63,604 bases of DNA from Pseudobdellovibrionaceae bacterium (GTDB lineage: Bacteria > Bdellovibrionota > Bdellovibrionia > Bdellovibrionales > UBA1609). Each line of letters opens with the position of its first letter. Positions within the stretch are counted from its first letter, which is position 1. The translations under genes and the position numbers were made by a program. Positions 9,278-16,900 of the stretch are shown in pieces. Below the pieces are notes generated by a model that was given only the letters and a program-made list of their open reading frames with translations, did no database searches and had not been told where the DNA came from. The stretch spans positions 1 to 63,604 of the forward strand of contig JANXMF010000081.1 of NCBI GenBank assembly GCA_025354795.1, in the 5' to 3' direction.

Positions 9278-9886
9278 ATGAAATTTTTTAATCTGATTCT
9301 ATTGGTAGCTTCGATATCGGCCTGGGGTGATGCCACCTATAAGCCAGGGACCTTTCAAATTGACCCGGCCCATAGCAAAGTGGGTTTTGAAATTCCACAC
9401 TTGGTGATTTCCACAGTAGAAGGGCGTTTCACGGCTTTTGAAGGCAACGTGATCTTAGATCCCAAGTTTGAGAAATCATCGGTGAAGGCCACGGTTGAAA
9501 TCAGTTCCATCGACACCGGCGACCCCAAACGTGATGAGCACTTAAAAAGTCCGGACTTTTTTGATGTCGGTAAATTTAAGACAATGGCTTTCGTGAGTAA
9601 GTCGATCACAGGGACACCTGAGTCGTTTAAGCTCAACGGTTCGCTCACTATTAAGGGTAAAACCAATGCAGTGACCTTTGATGGTAAGTATTTGGGCATT
9701 GTGAATGACGGCAATGGTAAGGAAAAGGCAGTTTTTACCGCTACTGCTAAGATCAAGCGCGCTGAGTATGGATTAACTTGGAATAAGCTGGTCGAAGCCG
9801 GACCAGCCGTTGGCGATGAATTGACGATTCAGCTCAAGATCCAAGCGGGCCGCCCCGCGGCCGCCAAAGCACCGGCTAAAAAGTAG
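9278..9886 (+). CDS. yceI: YceI family lipid/polyisoprenoid-binding protein
   Basis: IDPAHSKVGF, SIDTGDPKRDEHLKSPDFFDV, GSLTIKG, YGLTWN motifs; signal peptide. Confidence 0.9.
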   Translation: MKFFNLILLVASISAWGDATYKPGTFQIDPAHSKVGFEIPHLVISTVEGRFTAFEGNVILDPKFEKSSVKATVEISSIDTGDPKRDEHLKSPDFFDVGKFKTMAFVSKSITGTPESFKLNGSLTIKGKTNAVTFDGKYLGIVNDGNGKEKAVFTATAKIKRAEYGLTWNKLVEAGPAVGDELTIQLKIQAGRPAAAKAPAKK

Positions 9887-9898
9887 CCGGTCCGCGCC

Positions 9899-10969
9899 CT
9901 ACCAGCTGCGCATGTAACCAATCTTTGCGCCAAGGAGTGAGGACTTAGTGTCCCACTTGTCGGTGATGTTACCGACCTGGCCGCTGATCTGAGCCGTGCG
10001 TAGGCGGTATTCCGCAAAAACCTGGATAATATTATGTTCGGTGACACTCCACTCGGCGCCGGCATCGCCATAATAACTGTAGTTGGATTTTGAAGTGAGG
10101 TAGCCGGAGTTGCCAAGGCCCGTTCCATAGTTGAAGCCGATGATGGCTTTGAATAAGAACTTGTCGGCAAAAGGTTCTTGGTAGTCGGCATTCACTCCAA
10201 TTATGATGTCTTGAACTTTGCTGAGATTCAAATTGGTGCTAGTGCCCTGCACGAAGTTGAGAATCGGGTAGCCCTCATTGCCGATCTGAAAACCAGGGCA
10301 GATTTTGCGGTAGTACGAAGTCTTGCCTATGTAACAATAATTTCCTTTCACCGAGTAGTCATCAAAGCTTGTAGTGGAGGCCAAAAACCTAAAAGGTAGC
10401 ACGACGCCGGCTTCCAGATTCATTGAGTAGTGCATGTAATCGAGTTCCATAGACCACAGCGGGTTGATTTGAATCCGGTAGCCCGTCCCTAGAGCCAGAG
10501 TGGGACTGCGGAAATTGTAAGTAGAGCCGCCGTAAGACCAACTTGAGGACAGGGTACTTGGCTTAACATAAAGCCCGGCTTGGTGTTTTGGATAGCCAGG
10601 GTAAGTCTTAAAAGCAACAGCGTCGGGGGTCGTCTCGGTATACTCGGGGCGGGGCGTGCCGGGGGCGGATTCGCCGGGGTCACTGAACTGCATCGCTGGG
10701 CGCGGGTCTGTCGGTGCAGGGGCAGAGTCAACGTTGAATTTCAAATATTCTGAGCTCGAGTTACTTTCCGGCGGCGTGCTGGTGGCTTTTTCCAGCGGCA
10801 TAGAGTCAGGAGCTTCGATCACTACAGGTGCGGGGGCCGCGGCTTTTTTCTTCTTCGCGGCTTTGGTTTTTTTCACCGGCGATGGTGCAGTAGGCGTCTG
10901 GCCCAATGCGAGCGGTGAAACCAAGAGTAGGCTGAACAGCAGCGCGAAGATGGATTTGCTTTGCAACAT
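9899..10969 (-). CDS. Outer-membrane beta-barrel protein with Lys/Pro-rich N-terminal linker
   Basis: Signal peptide, PVKKTKAAKKKKAAAPAP linker, Tyr/Gly-rich amphipathic strands ending GAKIGYMRSW. Confidence 0.6.
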   Translation of the reverse strand: MLQSKSIFALLFSLLLVSPLALGQTPTAPSPVKKTKAAKKKKAAAPAPVVIEAPDSMPLEKATSTPPESNSSSEYLKFNVDSAPAPTDPRPAMQFSDPGESAPGTPRPEYTETTPDAVAFKTYPGYPKHQAGLYVKPSTLSSSWSYGGSTYNFRSPTLALGTGYRIQINPLWSMELDYMHYSMNLEAGVVLPFRFLASTTSFDDYSVKGNYCYIGKTSYYRKICPGFQIGNEGYPILNFVQGTSTNLNLSKVQDIIIGVNADYQEPFADKFLFKAIIGFNYGTGLGNSGYLTSKSNYSYYGDAGAEWSVTEHNIIQVFAEYRLRTAQISGQVGNITDKWDTKSSLLGAKIGYMRSW

Positions 10970-11168
10970 TATGATTATGCCCCCGTGGATATTTGATAAA
11001 AGCGTAGCATCGGGGATCCATTCTTTCCAGCCTATACCACTGGTTGAACGGCCGGGCGAAAAATCTAGACCATTGTTTGAGTACGACAATTGCTCTTTGC
11101 AGATCCCCTTGTCTTTGTTACGATAAATGCAAAGTTCACCACTTGAACGGCGCCGGGAGGCTTCAACT

Positions 11169-11879
11169 ATGTTTATGCGACTTAGAATTCCACTGCTGCT
11201 AATACTGTCCGCACTGGCCGGCCCACTTGCGCAGGCCGAGCCGATGGAAATCTACTGCACCATTCGCAGCAGCGGCGCCAATCTCAATTGCCAGGTGACG
11301 GGCAAAGAGCGAAAAGTTATGAACGTCGAGCAAATCGGAAATTTCATTGATGCCGCCGAGGTCGCGTCCTACATCACCCTTAAGAGTCGCAAGGGAATGG
11401 AGCGCACTTACATGATCGACGCCCGCTCGCCGCAGTTTAAGCGCTTCAACGACGTGAAAAAATCGGCTTCGATCTCAGAAATTTCCAAGGCCAAGTCGGA
11501 TCTGTTCAATGAGATCGAAAGAAAAGTCATTAAAGTTTCTGACGACCTGGACGGGCAAGCCGGTGCGGCCGAGCTGATCCTGTACGATTCGTCCTTCACC
11601 TATGATAAGTTACGGCGTGAAAACCGCACCATGACGGCGGAGCTCGAAGGCTATCGCAACAACAAAGATAAAGTGTGCACCAACACTCCGGCGTTTGAAC
11701 AAATGTCTAAAGTGAAGTCGCATTTGCAACAGACGTTGTCTAATATTATATATGCTTTCCAAACGCCCGATACCTGCATGGCCGATTACAAGGTATTTAA
11801 GGATCGCGATGGTTCAGTGGATCTTCGCCAATTGGACACGATTACCGATCACTTTAAATCGAGCTGCAAAAAGCACTAA
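11169..11879 (+). CDS. Secreted hypothetical protein (helical, Cys-containing)
   Basis: Signal peptide ending AQA; GGGAGG RBS; 3 nt before the DUF2723 gene. Confidence 0.7.
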   Translation: MFMRLRIPLLLILSALAGPLAQAEPMEIYCTIRSSGANLNCQVTGKERKVMNVEQIGNFIDAAEVASYITLKSRKGMERTYMIDARSPQFKRFNDVKKSASISEISKAKSDLFNEIERKVIKVSDDLDGQAGAAELILYDSSFTYDKLRRENRTMTAELEGYRNNKDKVCTNTPAFEQMSKVKSHLQQTLSNIIYAFQTPDTCMADYKVFKDRDGSVDLRQLDTITDHFKSSCKKH

Positions 11880-11882
11880 AGT

Positions 11883-13856
11883 GTGCTGACGAAGAGACTT
11901 TCACCGCGGGCCCGCACGTGGCTCGCGTTACTAGCCACACTCACTCCCATTTTCATTGTTTATTTGGCGACCATATCCACCTTTGTGGGGGGGGGTGACA
12001 GCGGCGAATTGATCGTCGATGCCTTGCATCTGGCAGCACCCCATCCCCCCGGATATCCGACCTACACCTTTTTTGCGCATTGGTTTACGTATTTGCCAAT
12101 TTCCACCATGGCTTGGCGAGTGGGCTTTTTCTCGTTATGCGCTCAGATTCTCTGCGGTGCCGGTTTGTTTTTTCTGGGCAAATCTTGGCTAAAGAAAACT
12201 TGGCTGGCGGCGGCGGTCACTTTACTCTTTTGTCTTGCGCCTTTGACTTGGTATTTCGCGGTCGAGGCCGAAGTGTTCGCACTCAACAACCTATTTGCGG
12301 TGCTTCTGCTGTGCGCGTTTTACAAATACCACCTTGAGCGTACGCCCAAATGGGCCTACGTCACCTGTGGCGTGCTTGGGTTGGCCTGTACCCATCACCT
12401 CACCATCATTTTCTTTGCGGCTCCGTTTGTAGCGGTATTTTTTTGGCAGGATCGCAAAACCTTGCTGCGGCCGGGGGTTTTTCTAATTGGCGTTTTGTTT
12501 TTCGCGCTGGCTCTGACTCCTTATCTCTTTATGTTTTACCTGGGAAGACAGCGTTTATTGATCGCCTGGGGCGACTTGTCAAACTTCGAGGGCTTCTTAA
12601 CCCACGTGCTCCGGCGCGAATACGGCACCTTTCAGCTGGCCACCGGGGACAAGGAAAATTCGACTTTTCTACCCAAGCTTTATTATTTTGGCCGCGAAAT
12701 GCTGATTCAAACATTTTTTATCGGCAGCGTGCTTTGGGCGTGGGGCGTACTTTGCCTACGTAAGCGGGGAGAGCAAGCTGAGTTTGCGAGGCTGGTGGCC
12801 TTTGCTCTCGCATTTTATGTTTTGTTGTTTCAGTACCTGAGCAATTTAGACTTGAGTTTTTTATTGTTCTACCATGCCCAATCCCGCATGTGGATGTTGC
12901 CTTTGCTGTTGATCGTGCTCTTAATGGGCTGGGGACTGAGCAACCTCGAACAGCAGTGGCAGCACCTCACGCCGATGTTGGCCGCGGCCGTCGCTGTGGT
13001 TATTGCTACAAGTGTGGCCTGGAACTGGCGTCAACAGGACCGATCCGAGCGCGACTTTTTTTCGCGCCTTGGTCACGCGATGATCGACAACGTGGACCCC
13101 AACGCCGTCATCCTGATGCGTGAAGATGTTTACGTCAATACCCTCCGCTACCTCCAGTTCGCCGAGAACGTGCGGCCCGATGTCCACGTCATTCCGCTCG
13201 ATGCCATGTGGTGGCCCTGGATGAAGGAACTGGTGGAGGGGAACGTGCCAGGGTTCAAAGTGCCGGGTTTGGTTTTCCGACAGCGGGCCGATGGTCCCGG
13301 GCAGTATATTTTGAAGGATCTGTTGATGGCCAATATCGATCGATTTCCCCTTTACGTCGCTAAAGTTTATCCCTATGAAGAGCAACAGCTTCATGACGAG
13401 GTGAATGGTTTTTCTTTCGGTTTTCACTCACGGGTGAAGCGCTTTGGCCAGGATTTTTCATTGGAGGAGGTGAAGCGTGAGACTGAGGGGTTTTTGCAGC
13501 TCAAAATTCCAAGCCTCGCGGAACATCGTTTCGAGTCGTGGGAATCTTATGTTGAACTTAATTACTATGATACCAAGTTCCCGCTGGGAATACTGCTGAC
13601 GAGCCGCTCGAAGAACCGTGTGGACTGGCTGCTGCTGGCCGCCGAAGTCTTTGACGAGGTTGCCGAGAACAACGCGACCTACAGGTTGCAGTCGCTTAAT
13701 AATTTGGGCGCCATCTATGCATCGCTGATCCCCGTACTGCCGGCCTATAAAGCCCTGGCTGTGACGGCTTGGCAAAAATACTTGGCGTTGACTCCGCCCG
13801 GGAGCGAGGAAAACAAGACTGCAAGAGTGGCACTCGAACAGCTGGGGGCGAAATAA
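11883..13856 (+). CDS. DUF2723 / TMEM260-like GT-C membrane glycosyltransferase (putative protein O-mannosyltransferase)
   Basis: GGDSGEL...HPPGYPTY, AEVFALN, THHLT, LRREYGTFQL motifs; many TMs; TPR-like C-terminus (SLNNLGAIY). Confidence 0.85.
   Translation: MLTKRLSPRARTWLALLATLTPIFIVYLATISTFVGGGDSGELIVDALHLAAPHPPGYPTYTFFAHWFTYLPISTMAWRVGFFSLCAQILCGAGLFFLGKSWLKKTWLAAAVTLLFCLAPLTWYFAVEAEVFALNNLFAVLLLCAFYKYHLERTPKWAYVTCGVLGLACTHHLTIIFFAAPFVAVFFWQDRKTLLRPGVFLIGVLFFALALTPYLFMFYLGRQRLLIAWGDLSNFEGFLTHVLRREYGTFQLATGDKENSTFLPKLYYFGREMLIQTFFIGSVLWAWGVLCLRKRGEQAEFARLVAFALAFYVLLFQYLSNLDLSFLLFYHAQSRMWMLPLLLIVLLMGWGLSNLEQQWQHLTPMLAAAVAVVIATSVAWNWRQQDRSERDFFSRLGHAMIDNVDPNAVILMREDVYVNTLRYLQFAENVRPDVHVIPLDAMWWPWMKELVEGNVPGFKVPGLVFRQRADGPGQYILKDLLMANIDRFPLYVAKVYPYEEQQLHDEVNGFSFGFHSRVKRFGQDFSLEEVKRETEGFLQLKIPSLAEHRFESWESYVELNYYDTKFPLGILLTSRSKNRVDWLLLAAEVFDEVAENNATYRLQSLNNLGAIYASLIPVLPAYKALAVTAWQKYLALTPPGSEENKTARVALEQLGAK
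11987..11995 (+). repeat. G9 homopolymer in the DUF2723 gene
   Basis: GT-GGGGGGGGG-TGAC encoding V-G-G-G-D. Confidence 0.9.
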
Positions 13857-13883
13857 AAAACCCGGTTGGGACCGGGTTTTTTT
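13855..13883. terminator. Bidirectional intrinsic terminator shared by the DUF2723 and fibre genes
   Basis: AAAAAA-CCCGGT-TGGG-ACCGGG-TTTTTTT. Confidence 0.85.
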
Positions 13884-13909
13884 GAGCAACGATTTGACGC
13901 CGTGGCAGA

Positions 13910-16900
13910 TCAATCCGTATTCAAGCCGCGACTGACTTCGACCCAACCCAAAAATCCGTTAAGTGTGGTGCACATCAAGGTGAGTGTTGCCGGTTTTCCT
14001 AATGTAGTGACATAGTTGGTTGCCGTACCATTTAACAAGATTTTATCAGCGCCCATCCCTGCGGTAGTGGTGTCCACGAATGTAATCGTGAATGCTGCAG
14101 CGGCCGAGTTGAGTAGGAACGTGACGATTTGCCCCGGCTTGACCACGCCAGTGCTGCAACCTGTGATAGTCGCAATCGCGCCGGAGTTGGACCCGACGGA
14201 AAGTGACTGAACGTTTTGGCCAGTGGCTGCAAACGTTATGGCTGCTCCAACCGCAGTCGCGGCCGGAGTCGTGGTGTAGTAACCACCATTGGTGTTCACG
14301 CCGCTAAGTACGATGGCGCCACTGCTTTGAAATTGGATCAAGTCCGGGCTTGTCGCGCTCGAGGCGATACCGGCTTGCGAGAGGATATTGATGGAAGTGT
14401 TACCTGCACCGGACGAGCCAACGAATGTGGCTGTTGGTACCGTCGCAACCCCAGAACTTCCGGTCACCATAAACGTTTTGCCCGTTGTCTGGGTTGCTCC
14501 GCCGGATACACTTAATCCACCACCAGTTGTGATCGCACCGGCGCGAACCGCCAGAGCCATACCTGTGGTTGCCGCACTTGAGCCGACAATGGTCGCGGTG
14601 TTTGCGGTAGTTGCGGTACCACCACCAGAGACACTCATTGCGCCGGCAGTCGCCAGCGCGCCACCCGTAACGGCAAGAGCCACCCCGGAAGTTTGACCTG
14701 AGCCGCCGATAATATTCACGGTGTTGCCCGTAGTCTGCGAGGCGCTACTGGTGAAGCGTGCGACGTCGACGGTCGTATTGCTGCCACCGACGACACTCAA
14801 AGCGCCCGATGAAGCTCCTGCTCCGCCAGTGATGGCAAGAGCGACACCCGTTGTTTGAGCCGAACCACCGATAATGTTTACTGTGTTACCGGTGGTTTGC
14901 GCTGTTCCGGACCTAAACGATGCGGTGTCGACGGTGGTCTCCGAGTTTCCACCCATGACACTAAGGGCGCCAGCGGTTGTACCTGCACCGCCGGTCACTG
15001 CCAGCGCGACACCAGTGGTCTGAGCCGAGCCGCCGATAATGTTTATGGTGTTACCAGTGGTTTGCGCAGTCCCGGACCTAAACGACGCGGTGTCGACGGT
15101 GGTCTCCGAGTTTCCGCCCATGACACTAAGAGCACCGGCGGTTGTACCCGCACCAGCGGTGACCGCGAGTGCGACACCAGTGGTCTGAGCCGAGCCGCCG
15201 ATGATGTTCACGATGTTACCCGTAGTTTGTGACGCGCTTCCTGTAAAACGTGCGACGTCGACGGTCGTATTGCTACCACCGACAACGCTTAAGGCGCCTG
15301 ACGTGGCCCCTGCGCCGGCGGTGACCGCGAGTGCGACGCCAGTTGTTTGAGCTGAGCCGCCTATAATTCTAACTGTGTTACCGGTAGTTTGCGCAGTCCC
15401 GGACCTAAACGATGCGGTGTCGACGGTGGTCTCCGAGTTTCCGCCCATGACACTAAGAGCACCGGCGGTTGTACCAGCGCCCGCGGTCACTGCCAGAGCT
15501 ACACCAGTGGTCTGTGCGGCGCCGCCGAAGACGTTCAGAGTATTACCTGTAGTTTGCGCCGATCCCGACATAATTCTTGCGACATCCACGGTCGTTGCAC
15601 TGCTACCACCCATGATGCTCAAGGCACCAGCTGTGGTTCCTGCGCCGCCAGTAACAGCCAGAGCCACACCCGACGTGTGCGCCGAAGAACCTGTGATAGA
15701 GGCCGTGTTTCCGGTCGTAGCCGTGGTGCCACCCGAAACTAGAAGTCCAACCGCTGCGACATCAGTTCCTGGCGTGATCGATACGGCCGTGGCACTTGCG
15801 CCGTTACCGCCCAACACTTTGAGAGCATTGCCAGTTTGCGCCGCTCCACCGATTATGTTTACGGTATTTCCAGACGTCTGTGAAGCTCCAGAAACAAACT
15901 TGGCCACATCCGCCGTGGTTGCGGTACCGCCGCCGTTGACACTAAGAGCTCCGGCATTAGCTGCACCCGCCGCGACCGCAAGAGCCACTCCGGTTGTAGC
16001 AGCGCTTGAGCCAGTGATTCCGACTGTATTTCCGGTCGTTGCCGCCGTGCCACCGCCAATACTTAAAACACTGGTTGTCGTGCCGGTGCCTGCGTTGAGG
16101 TCAGCGGAGTCGTTGGCGCCCCCGGGAGTGATTGTCAAAGGAACTCCAGTTGCGCTTGTCATTGCGACGTTACTGGTGATTGAGGTCACGGCGGTGAGTG
16201 AAGTGATGTCTCCATTCGCGCCCGAGGTAGCGGCAGCCGTCCAGCTCAAAGTGCCGGAACCGTTGTTCTTTAAGAAGCCAGTGCCTTGGGCGGACGGAAA
16301 GGTGATCCCGTAAGTCGTAATAGCCGAACCACCGCTGATCGTCAGCGCGCCACTCGTACTTCCGTTCAATATGAGAGGATTGTTAAAAGCAGTGGAGGCG
16401 CCAGCAAGAGTCAGCGCGCCCGAGGGGTTTAGTGTCAGCGTTCCGGTTGGGTTAATTACCGCGGAGGCGCCCGTAATAGTCAGAGCGCCTGTGGGATTCA
16501 GAGTCAAAGAGCCAGTTGGAGTAACAGACATATTGCCCGGAAAACCCAAACTACTGATATCCGTGTTCGAGCCTTTAGCAGCGGCACCCAGAGCACCCAG
16601 AGAGGGTGTGCCCCAAGTCGGAGCGCCGCCGGCACCGGAGGTCAACAACTGGCCCGCAGTTCCCGCGCCAGAATTGCGCAACATGGTTCCATCTGAGTAG
16701 ACAATTCCACCCGCAGCTGCGGAAGCTAGAGTCAAGCTTCCGGTACCACCCTGATTGGCGGCAAGAGCCGTAGTGAGTCCAGTGATGACTAAGATGTCGG
16801 TGTTAGTGCCACGACCGGCGCCACCAAGAGCGGCGAGAGCGGCAGGGGCTGCGATTTGGCCGGTACCACCTTGAGCGATTGAAAGTGCAGTGGTCAAGCC

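Noticed and set aside
14540-16080. Ice-nucleation protein
   Set aside because: The period is about 14 aa and lacks the 16-aa AGYGSTxTA motif of InaZ-type proteins
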